Source: an uncultured Candidatus Rokubacteria bacterium
GTDB lineage: Bacteria > Methylomirabilota > Methylomirabilia > Rokubacteriales > CSP1-6
Direction of reading: 5' to 3'
Assembly: GCA_963771355.1 (NCBI GenBank)
Contig: CAVYTA010000001.1
Coordinates: forward strand, 193,376 to 257,375
Length of the DNA stretch: 64,000 bases
How positions within the stretch are numbered: the first letter of the stretch is position 1; each line of letters begins with the position of its first letter. Position numbers and translations under genes: made by a program. The notes under the pieces were generated by a model, which was given only the letters and a program-made list of their open reading frames with translations, was not told the DNA's origin and made no database searches. Shown here piece by piece: positions 31,542 through 39,196 of the stretch.

Positions 31542-32081
31542 CTAGTCGCGCGGGGGCAGGAAATAGCCGACCAGGAAGGCGTTGAGGTGGAGGAGGAGCA
31601 GCTTGTTCCAGGCCACCGCGGCCTCGAACGCGGCCTCCGCGCTCGCCAGCTCCGCGCGCAGCACGCCCGCCAGGGCGGACTGGGTAATGCTCATGGTGGC
31701 CACCATCAGATGCGGCGGGATCTTGCCGCCCGGCCCGTACTCGCGGTGGCTGTGCGAGATGCCCACGCCGAGCAGGTAGTAGGCGAAGTCGTGGGTCAGC
31801 GCGGCCTCCGCGGTCTCCCGCAGCCACCGGCCCAGGCTGTGGCGCCTCCGCTCGATGCGGGCCGCGTCCGGCGTGCCGTCGGGCGCCAGGAAGAAACGCG
31901 CGGAAGCGGGGAACTTGAGGAAGTGCTCGTACACCGCCGCCGTCAGCGCGGCCTCGTGCTTGAGCACCGCGGGCGCGCTCGCCCGCACCGCCGCGCTCGC
32001 CGCCGCATCGAAGCCGACGAACTCGGCGAGCTCGCGGAGATAGCCTTCCATGTCCTGACCCGGGTGTCGGCGCTCCTCCAT
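31542..32081 (-). CDS. Stand-alone protoglobin/sensor-globin domain protein
   Basis: LAEFVGFD, VYEHFLKFP, RRHSLGRWL, YLLGVGISH (proximal His), AWNKLLLLHL. Start at 32081 or 32051. Confidence 0.78.
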   Translation of the reverse strand: MEERRHPGQDMEGYLRELAEFVGFDAAASAAVRASAPAVLKHEAALTAAVYEHFLKFPASARFFLAPDGTPDAARIERRRHSLGRWLRETAEAALTHDFAYYLLGVGISHSHREYGPGGKIPPHLMVATMSITQSALAGVLRAELASAEAAFEAAVAWNKLLLLHLNAFLVGYFLPPRD

Positions 32082-32158
32082 CTCGTGCGATAATACGCGC
32101 GCTCCGCGGGAGAACAAGGGATGAGGATCTCCATGGCCATCGAGGAGGAGCTCGCCGG

Positions 32159-33568
32159 ATGAATGCCACCGACCTCTGCTACACGCCCGCCACTCGCCTG
32201 GCCGCCATGATCCGGGCCAAGGAGATCTCCCCCGTCGAGCTGACACGGACGGTGCTCGAGCGCATCGACCGCGTGAATCCCAAGGTCAACGCCTTCTGCG
32301 TGGTGCTGGCGGAGCAGGCGCTGACCACCGCCCGCGCGGCGGAGGCGGCGGTGATGAAGGGCGGTGCGCTGCCGCCGCTGCTGGGGATCCCGTTCTCCAT
32401 CAAGGATCTCGCGATGACCAAGGGCGTGCGGACGACCGGCGGCTCCCACATCTATGCCGATCGCGTGCCCGACCACGACGCGCCCTTCGTGCGGCGGCTC
32501 AAGGCGGCGGGCGGAGTGTTTCTCGGCAAGACCACGTCCCCGGAGTTCGGATGGAAGGGGCTGAGCGATAGCCCCCTGCTCGGTATCACGCGCAATCCGT
32601 GGAACACTGCCATGACCACCGGCGGCTCCAGCGCGGGCGCGGGCGCGGCGGCGGCGACCGGGCTCGGCCCCCTCTGCCACGGCTCGGACGGCGCGGGCTC
32701 CATCCGCATCCCCTCCGCCTTCTGCGGCGTCTTTGGCCACAAGCCCTCCTACGGCCGCGTGCCGCAGTGGCCGGTGTCCAATAACGACTATCAGACGCAC
32801 AACGGCCCCATGACCCGCACGGTGGCGGACGCGGCGCTCATGCTGTCGGTGATGGCGGGACCGGATGACTGGGACAAGACCGCCCTCGATGCCCCGCCCG
32901 CGGACTACGTGGGCCTGCTCGACCGCGGGGTCAAGGGGCTGCGCATCGCCTATAGCCCGGACTTCGACACGCTCCGCGTGGATCCCGAGGTGGCGGACGT
33001 GGTGCGCCGCGCGGTGGGCGCCTTCACGGAGGCCGGCGCCACCGTTGAGGAAGTGAAGTGCAACTTCGCCGACAGCCACGACATGATTCGCGTCACCTGG
33101 GCCGCCCACGAGGCGGGCATCTACGGGGAGCACCTGCCCAAGTGGCGTGAAAAGATGGATCCGGGGCTCGTCGCCTGCATCGAGGACGGCTACCGCTGCA
33201 CCATGGAGCAGTACATCCAGATTCGCAACCGCAAGCTCGCCTACTGGGACAGCGTGCGCCCGCTCTTCGAGAAGTACGATCTCCTGCTCTCTCCCAGCCT
33301 GTCGGTGGCGGCTTTCCCGGTGATGCGGCTGAACCCGGAGCACTGGCCCCAGCACGTGTGGGACTGGATCCCCTGGGCGTCCTTTTCCTACCCATTCAAT
33401 TTCACGGGGCAGCCCGCTTCCAGCGTGCCCTGCGGCTTCACGCCGTCCGGGCTGCCGGTGGGACTGCAGATCGTGGGCCGCTTGCGCGACGATCTCACCG
33501 TGCTGCAGGCCTCGGCCGCCTTCGAGAAGGCGCGGCCCTGGGCGGCCAAGCGCCCGGCGGTGGACTGA
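32159..33568 (+). CDS. Amidase-signature family enzyme
   Basis: GIPFSIKD, GGSSAGAG, GSDGAGSIRIPS (Ser-cisSer-Lys triad). Confidence 0.95.
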   Translation: MNATDLCYTPATRLAAMIRAKEISPVELTRTVLERIDRVNPKVNAFCVVLAEQALTTARAAEAAVMKGGALPPLLGIPFSIKDLAMTKGVRTTGGSHIYADRVPDHDAPFVRRLKAAGGVFLGKTTSPEFGWKGLSDSPLLGITRNPWNTAMTTGGSSAGAGAAAATGLGPLCHGSDGAGSIRIPSAFCGVFGHKPSYGRVPQWPVSNNDYQTHNGPMTRTVADAALMLSVMAGPDDWDKTALDAPPADYVGLLDRGVKGLRIAYSPDFDTLRVDPEVADVVRRAVGAFTEAGATVEEVKCNFADSHDMIRVTWAAHEAGIYGEHLPKWREKMDPGLVACIEDGYRCTMEQYIQIRNRKLAYWDSVRPLFEKYDLLLSPSLSVAAFPVMRLNPEHWPQHVWDWIPWASFSYPFNFTGQPASSVPCGFTPSGLPVGLQIVGRLRDDLTVLQASAAFEKARPWAAKRPAVD

Positions 33569-33572
33569 CGCC

Positions 33573-33752
33573 ATGGCCCCAGACATCACGGTGGATCTCC
33601 GCGCCCGCTTCGACGCCGAGCTCGCCGCTGCCGGGCTCACCATCACCGGCCGCGACTACGATCTCCTCTTCGCGATGTGGAAGGAACACCTGCCTCAGCG
33701 CGAGGCCCTGCGCGCGGCCGCGCCGGCACTGGAGGACGAGCCATGGCGGTGA
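33573..33752 (+). CDS. Small 59-aa protein, possible GatC/AtzG-like amidase partner subunit
   Basis: Not in the ORF track. MAPDITVDLRARFDAELAAAGLTITGRDYDLLFAMWKEHLPQREALRAAAPALEDEPWR fills the gap between the two amidases and overlaps the second start. Confidence 0.7.
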   Translation: MAPDITVDLRARFDAELAAAGLTITGRDYDLLFAMWKEHLPQREALRAAAPALEDEPWR

Positions 33753-35164
33753 GCGGCTCCTGGGTCTGTGATCTCGATCTACGCGGCGTCAGCGAGGCGC
33801 TCGCCGCCGGCAAGGTCACCTCGGTGGAGGCCACCGAGGCCTATCTCGACCGCATCGCCCGCCACGACGGCGTGCTGCGCTCTTACATCACCGTGATGGG
33901 CGAGGCGGCCCGGGCCCGCGCCCGCGCCGCCGACGCCGAGCAGGCGGCCGGCCGGCGCCGCGGCCCTCTCCACGGTGTGCCCATCGCGCTCAAGGATCTC
34001 ATCGCGGTGGGCGGCGTGCGCATGACCGGCGGCTCCGAGATGCTGGCCGATCACGTGCCGGCGCGCGACGCCTTCGTCACCGAGCGGCTCCATGCCGCCG
34101 GCGCGGTGATCCTCGGCAAGCTCGCCATGCACGAGTTCGCCTTCGGCCGGCCCGCGCTGGACGGGCCCTTTCCCACCGGGCGCAATCCCTGGGACATCCG
34201 CCGCGCGCCCGCCGGCTCCTCCTCGGGCTCGGGCGTGGCCGCGGCCGCCGGACTCTGCGCGGGCGCGCTGGGCTCGGACACGGGCGGCTCCATCCGCGGT
34301 CCCGCGGCCATGTGCGGGCTGGTCGGCCACAAGCCGACCTACGGGCTCGTGAGCCGTAGCGGGGTGCTCACCATGGACTGGTCGCTCGATCACGTGGGAC
34401 CGATGACACGCTCGGTGTGGGACGCGGCGGTGATGCTGCAGGCCATCGCGGGGCACGACCCCGCCGACACCAGCAGCCTGGCCGCGCCGGTGCCGGACTA
34501 CCTCGCGCATCTGGAGGACGGCGCGCGCGCCCTCAAGCTGGGCCTGCTCCGCCGCTTCTACGTGGACTGGCCGGGGCTCGACGCCGAGGTGCGCGCCGCT
34601 GCCCTGGCCGCCTTCGACGTCCTCACGCGCGAAGGAGCCACGGTCAGTGATGTCGACGCGCCCACCCTGGACCTCGCGCCCGCCATCTGGACCTGCTTCC
34701 TCGCCGAGATGTACGAGTACCATCGGGAGATGTCGCGCCGCGCGCCCGAGAAGTACCGCGAGGGCACCCGCGTCCGCCTCTACATGGGGGCGCTGGTCTC
34801 CGCCCAGGATTTCCTCCGCGCCCAGCGCCTGCGCGTGCGCTTCCAGCGCGAGATCGAGGCGCTCCTCGACACGGTGGACGTGCTCGTCTTCCCCGGCCAG
34901 GCCGGCCCCGCCCAGCGCTTCGAGGACATCTCGAGCCTCGAGGTGATGGCGCCCGGCGGCCGCTACACGAGCCCGTGGAATCTCCTCGGCCTGCCTGCGG
35001 TGTCGGTGCCGGCCGGCTTCACGCGCGCGGGGCTGCCGGTGTCCATCCAGCTCGTGGGGCGTATGGGCGACGACGCCACCGTGCTGCGCGTGGCGCGCGC
35101 CTACGAGCGCGCCACCGACTGGCACACGCGGCGGCCCGATCCCGCGGGCTGGCGGCTGGCGTGA
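33743..35164 (+). CDS. Amidase-signature family enzyme (GatA/AtzE-like)
   Basis: GPLHGVPIALKD, GKLAMHEFA, AGSSSGSG, GSDTGGSIRGPA; SD GGAGG before ATG 33743. Confidence 0.93.
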   Translation: MAVSGSWVCDLDLRGVSEALAAGKVTSVEATEAYLDRIARHDGVLRSYITVMGEAARARARAADAEQAAGRRRGPLHGVPIALKDLIAVGGVRMTGGSEMLADHVPARDAFVTERLHAAGAVILGKLAMHEFAFGRPALDGPFPTGRNPWDIRRAPAGSSSGSGVAAAAGLCAGALGSDTGGSIRGPAAMCGLVGHKPTYGLVSRSGVLTMDWSLDHVGPMTRSVWDAAVMLQAIAGHDPADTSSLAAPVPDYLAHLEDGARALKLGLLRRFYVDWPGLDAEVRAAALAAFDVLTREGATVSDVDAPTLDLAPAIWTCFLAEMYEYHREMSRRAPEKYREGTRVRLYMGALVSAQDFLRAQRLRVRFQREIEALLDTVDVLVFPGQAGPAQRFEDISSLEVMAPGGRYTSPWNLLGLPAVSVPAGFTRAGLPVSIQLVGRMGDDATVLRVARAYERATDWHTRRPDPAGWRLA

Positions 35165-35883
35165 GCGCCTCCCGTCTGGCCGGGGTCAAGGCGCTCGGCT
35201 TCGACGTGTTCGGCACCGTGGTGGACTGGCGGGCGAGCATCATCCGCGAGGGGCACGCGCTGGGCCGTGCCAAGGGTCTCGACGTGGACTGGGAGGCCTT
35301 CACCGATGCCTGGCGTGGCCTCTACCAGCCCGCGCTGGAGAAGGTGCGCAGCGGCGCGATGCCGTGGACGCGCCTCGACGATCTCCACCGCATGAGCCTC
35401 GACCGGCTGCTGGAGGACTTCAAGATCGAGGGGCTCAGCGCCGCCGAGATCGAGCATCTCAACCACGTCTGGCATCGCCTCGATCCGTGGCCGGACTCGG
35501 TACCGGGCCTCACGCGCCTCCGCAAGAAGTACGTCCTCGCCACGCTCTCCAACGGAAACATCGCGCTCATGGTCAACATGGCCAAGCGGGCGGGACTTCC
35601 CTGGGACGCGGTGCTCGGGGCCGAGCCGGCGCGCGCCTACAAGCCGCAGCCCGAGGCCTATCTTCGCACCGCCGACTTCCTCGGCCGGCTTCCCGAGGAA
35701 TGCATGCTGGTGGCCGCGCACAACTCGGACCTCGCCGCCGCCGCACGGGTGGGGTTCCGCACCGCCTTCGTGCGGCGGCCCACCGAGTACGGCCCCACGC
35801 AGACGCGCGATCTCCGCGCCGACCAGTCCTGGGACGCGGTGGCGGAGAGCATGATCGACCTGGCCGACAAGCTCGGCTGCTGA
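35161..35883 (+). CDS. Haloacid dehalogenase type II (HAD family)
   Basis: FDVFGTVVDWR, WHRLDPWPD, LSNGN, YKPQPEAY, MLVAAHNSDL; GTGA overlap. Confidence 0.9.
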   Translation: MSASRLAGVKALGFDVFGTVVDWRASIIREGHALGRAKGLDVDWEAFTDAWRGLYQPALEKVRSGAMPWTRLDDLHRMSLDRLLEDFKIEGLSAAEIEHLNHVWHRLDPWPDSVPGLTRLRKKYVLATLSNGNIALMVNMAKRAGLPWDAVLGAEPARAYKPQPEAYLRTADFLGRLPEECMLVAAHNSDLAAAARVGFRTAFVRRPTEYGPTQTRDLRADQSWDAVAESMIDLADKLGC

Positions 35884-35893
35884 CGGCGGGAGC

Positions 35894-36763
35894 GTGACCG
35901 CTCCCCGCTGGCTCGACCTCGCCGAATATCCCTTCACCTCCAAGTGGCTGACACTGTCCTCGGGGCGCCTGCACTACGTGGACGAGGGGCAGGGCCGGCC
36001 GCTGGTGTTCGTCCACGGCACGCCCGACTGGTCCTTTCTCTGGCGCGGCCTCATCAAGGCCCTGGCCCCGCACTACCGATGCGTGGCGCCGGACCATCTG
36101 GGCTTCGGCCTCTCCGACCGGCCGCATGGCTCCTGGTATCTGCCCGAGAACCAGGCCGCCAATCTCCGCACCCTCATCGAGCGGCTCGAGCTGCGCGACG
36201 TGACCCTGGTGCTCCACGACTTCGGCGGGCCTTTCGGCCTCTCGTACGCGCTGGAGCGGCCCGACAATGTCCGCAGCCTCGTGCTCATGAACACGTGGAT
36301 GTGGTCGCTCCGCGGCGACCGGCACTTCGAGTGGGCCGGCCGCTTCGTCGCGGGGCGGCTCGGTCGGTTCCTCTACCTCCGCCACAATTTCGCGGCCCGA
36401 GTCATGCTGAAGTACTCCTTCGCCGACCGCGCGCGCCTGCCTCCCCGCATCCATGCCCAGTATCTCGGTCCCTTCCCCACCCCCGAGTCGCGGGCCGCTA
36501 CCTGGGCCTATGCGCGGTCCCTCCTTGGCGGGAGCGAGTGGTACGAGTCGCTGTGGCGGCGGCGCGAGCGGCTGCGCGACAAGCCCACCCTCATCGTCTG
36601 GGGAATGAAGGACCGGGCCTTCCGCGAGAAGGAGCTGACACGGCTGGAGAGCGTCTTCGCGCGCCGCGAGGTCATCCGGCTGGACGGGGTCGGTCACTTC
36701 CCGCCCGAGGAGGCGCCCGAGGCCGTGAGCATGCTCGTGCGCGGGTTCCTGGAGCGGGCGTAG
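35894..36763 (+). CDS. Alpha/beta-fold hydrolase (haloalkane-dehalogenase-like subfamily)
   Basis: FVHGTPDWS, APDHLGFGLSD, LHDFGGP (Asp nucleophile), GHFPPEE. Confidence 0.88.
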   Translation: MTAPRWLDLAEYPFTSKWLTLSSGRLHYVDEGQGRPLVFVHGTPDWSFLWRGLIKALAPHYRCVAPDHLGFGLSDRPHGSWYLPENQAANLRTLIERLELRDVTLVLHDFGGPFGLSYALERPDNVRSLVLMNTWMWSLRGDRHFEWAGRFVAGRLGRFLYLRHNFAARVMLKYSFADRARLPPRIHAQYLGPFPTPESRAATWAYARSLLGGSEWYESLWRRRERLRDKPTLIVWGMKDRAFREKELTRLESVFARREVIRLDGVGHFPPEEAPEAVSMLVRGFLERA

Positions 36764-36767
36764 GGCC

Positions 36768-37556
36768 GTGGCGGCGCCGCGCGAGTGGTTCCGGGGCTTC
36801 TTCGACGCCACCTACCTGGCGACGGACGGGCCCGCCATGCAGAAGCGCGCGCGGGCGGAGATCGACTTCGTGACCCGGGTGCTCGCGCTCCGGCCCGGCG
36901 CGCGTGTCCTCGACGTGCCCTGCGGCTTCGGGCGACATTCCAGCGAGCTTGCCCGGCGCGGCTACGCGGTGGTCGGCGTGGACCTCTCGCCCACCATGCT
37001 CCGTGCCGCCCGCCGAGCACATCGCGAAAACGCGCGGCTTCGCTTCGTCCGCGGCGACATGCGCCGAATCGCCTACCGCGCCGAGTTCGACGCCGTCGTC
37101 TGCCTCTTCACGAGCTTCGGCTACTTCAGCGAGCGGGAGAACGTCCACACCCTCGGGAAGATGGCGCGCGCGCTCGGGCCGGGTGGACGCATCCTCATCG
37201 ATCACCGCAATCCCGCATACGACGCGGAGCTCCCCACGCACTCGTGGCGCCAGCCCCGGCCCGGGCTCTACGTGCTGTGGACGCTCGAGATCGACCGGCG
37301 GACCAACGTGCACGAGGCCACGTGGCAGATCCTCCGGCGCGGCGACCGGCGCGTGATCCGGAAGGCGTTCCGCCTCCGCCTCTGGACCCTCGCCCAGTGG
37401 CGGCGGCGTCTGCGTGAGGCGGGGCTGCGCCTCGTCCGCGCCTACGGAGATTTCAAGGGACGGCCGTTCCGCCGCGCGTCGGGTCGCCTGCTCATCCTGG
37501 CCGAGCGGGTGACGGAGCGCCGGGGGCGGCGGGGGGCATCGCGGCCGCGGCCTTGA
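36768..37556 (+). CDS. Class I SAM-dependent methyltransferase
   Basis: VLDVPCGFGRH, GVDLS, GDMR, FTSFGYF. Confidence 0.9.
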   Translation: MAAPREWFRGFFDATYLATDGPAMQKRARAEIDFVTRVLALRPGARVLDVPCGFGRHSSELARRGYAVVGVDLSPTMLRAARRAHRENARLRFVRGDMRRIAYRAEFDAVVCLFTSFGYFSERENVHTLGKMARALGPGGRILIDHRNPAYDAELPTHSWRQPRPGLYVLWTLEIDRRTNVHEATWQILRRGDRRVIRKAFRLRLWTLAQWRRRLREAGLRLVRAYGDFKGRPFRRASGRLLILAERVTERRGRRGASRPRP

Positions 37557-39147
37557 GCACATCGTCCAGCGTGCCGGTGAAGTAGAACGCCTGCTCCGGC
37601 AGGGCGTCGACCTCTCCATCGAGAATGGCGCGGCACCCGCGAAGCGCCTCGGCGCGGGAGACATGGAGCCCCGGCCGCTTGGTGTAGGGCTCGGCCACGA
37701 AGAAGGGCTGGGCGAAGAACCGCCGAAGCTTGCGCGCCCGCGCCCGCATGGGCTCCTCGCCCTCCGGCACTGGCTGATCGGGCGGAAGATCGAGCAAGGC
37801 CAGCGCCTCGCGGGCGCGCGTCGCGATCTCGAGGTGCTCGCGCTCGACCAGCCGGGCGTCGAGGAGCCGTGAGCGCGAGCCGAGGGGATCCACGGTGGGG
37901 TAGATCCCGAGCTGCGCGAGCGCGGTGGAGAGACGGATCACCGAGTCCACGCCGCGGAGCGCCGAGATCTCCTCACTCGTCCACGGCCCCTCTTCCCGGA
38001 GGAAGTAGAAGGCCTGGAGGGGGCCCACGGTGCCCCCGCTATAGCCTTCCTTCTCCCAGACTTCCTCGAAGGATGTGGTCATGGGCCCGGGCACGAGCGC
38101 GAAGATCGACAGGCGATCATTCCCGGCGCCGAGCCGCCGCGCCAGCTCCTCCACCACCACCAGGGTCCCCGCGCGGAACTCGCCGGCCACCGCCACCGTG
38201 CCGCCCGCCACCAGCGGGCACATCACGTCCACGACCTTGATCCCGGTCTCGAGGAGCCGCGCTCCGCCGTCCCCATCGGGCATGGGGTCGGCCAGGAGCT
38301 GGACGATGCGCTCGAAGCCCACGCGGTTCAGCGGCGTCTGGACATGGCGCCCCTCGCTCAGCACGGACATGCCCGGCGCGAATCCTTCGGTTGGCGTGGT
38401 GGCCACTGCTCGCACGACTCCGTCCGGCAGGCGCTGGATCACCTGCACGGAGATGGCCCGCTGCCCGGCGTCGTCGCTCACCGTCAGCTCGGTCAGCACG
38501 TCGGGCAGCGCGGAGGGGTCGAAGCGCGCCTCGATGACACGCTCGCGCGCCCGCACGATGCGCCCGATGCGGGCGGCGAAGTCGTCGGGGAGGGGATGGG
38601 ATTCGAGCGTGTCCTTGACCATGGTGAGGTTCCTCCGCTTGAGCTGAGCGCGCGCCGCATGCAGGCGGTTGTTGACGGTCGAGACCGGCACCCCCAGAAA
38701 GGTCGCGATGTCCTGCTGCGAGCAGTCGTGCACGTAGAAGAGCGTGACGACCTCGCGGAGGGGCCGCGGCAGCCCGCCGACGGCGGCGAGCACGGCGCCG
38801 TACTGCTGCCGCCGCTCCATGCGGCGCTCGGGGCTCATTTCCCCGGAGAACATCCCGTCGGCCTCCATGAGGGGCCGGGAAACCGGTGGCGTTCGCCGGA
38901 GCTGGCGATGGGCCTGATGCCGCACGATGCCCCGGAGCCAGCCCGGGAAGGCGGCGGGGTCCTCCAGCGTGGGCAGGGAGAACCAGGCGGCGACGAAGGA
39001 TTCCTGCACGATGTCCTCGGCGTGCTGCAGGTCGCGCACGAAGGACAGCGCGTAGCCGAAGGCCATGTGCTGGAAGCGCCGGGTGAGCTCGGCAAACGCC
39101 TCCAGGTCGCCGTGCCTTGCCTGCCGGGTCAGCGCTTCGAGGTCCAT
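37492..39147 (-). CDS. ECF sigma70 factor fused to a degenerate F1-ATP-synthase beta-subunit-like domain
   Basis: aa 1-172: sigma2 (GDLEAFAEL...AEDIVQESF...AAFPGWL) and sigma4 (LREVVTLFY...SQQDIATFLGVPVSTVNNRLHAAR). aa ~194-535: AtpD-like motifs GRIV, LETGIKVVD, GIYPTVDPL, RARKLRRFFAQPFFVAE, LPEQAFY. SD GGAGG upstream. Confidence 0.92.
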   Translation of the reverse strand: MDLEALTRQARHGDLEAFAELTRRFQHMAFGYALSFVRDLQHAEDIVQESFVAAWFSLPTLEDPAAFPGWLRGIVRHQAHRQLRRTPPVSRPLMEADGMFSGEMSPERRMERRQQYGAVLAAVGGLPRPLREVVTLFYVHDCSQQDIATFLGVPVSTVNNRLHAARAQLKRRNLTMVKDTLESHPLPDDFAARIGRIVRARERVIEARFDPSALPDVLTELTVSDDAGQRAISVQVIQRLPDGVVRAVATTPTEGFAPGMSVLSEGRHVQTPLNRVGFERIVQLLADPMPDGDGGARLLETGIKVVDVMCPLVAGGTVAVAGEFRAGTLVVVEELARRLGAGNDRLSIFALVPGPMTTSFEEVWEKEGYSGGTVGPLQAFYFLREEGPWTSEEISALRGVDSVIRLSTALAQLGIYPTVDPLGSRSRLLDARLVEREHLEIATRAREALALLDLPPDQPVPEGEEPMRARARKLRRFFAQPFFVAEPYTKRPGLHVSRAEALRGCRAILDGEVDALPEQAFYFTGTLDDVLKAAAAMPPAAPGAPSPARPG

Positions 39148-39196
39148 CGCCCCTCCTTCACCCCATAGGTGCCAGAAAGGGAGGCCGAGCTTTGGC

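Noticed and set aside
35894..36763. Definite haloalkane dehalogenase
   Set aside because: The nucleophile motif is HDFGG, lacking the halide-stabilising Trp after the Asp, so the substrate cannot be assigned.
37492..37556. Convergent 3' overlap of the methyltransferase and the ECF fusion as antisense regulation
   Set aside because: Both overlapping tails are low-complexity extensions, which is common for convergent genes in GC-rich genomes.
37492..38570. A genuine atpD (ATP synthase beta) gene
   Set aside because: No P-loop Lys, catalytic Glu, Walker B or DELSEED. It is fused in frame to a sigma factor and no other atp genes are nearby.
39158..39175. TGGCAC on the minus strand upstream of the ECF fusion as a sigma54 promoter
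   Set aside because: The -12 position reads GT, not GC.
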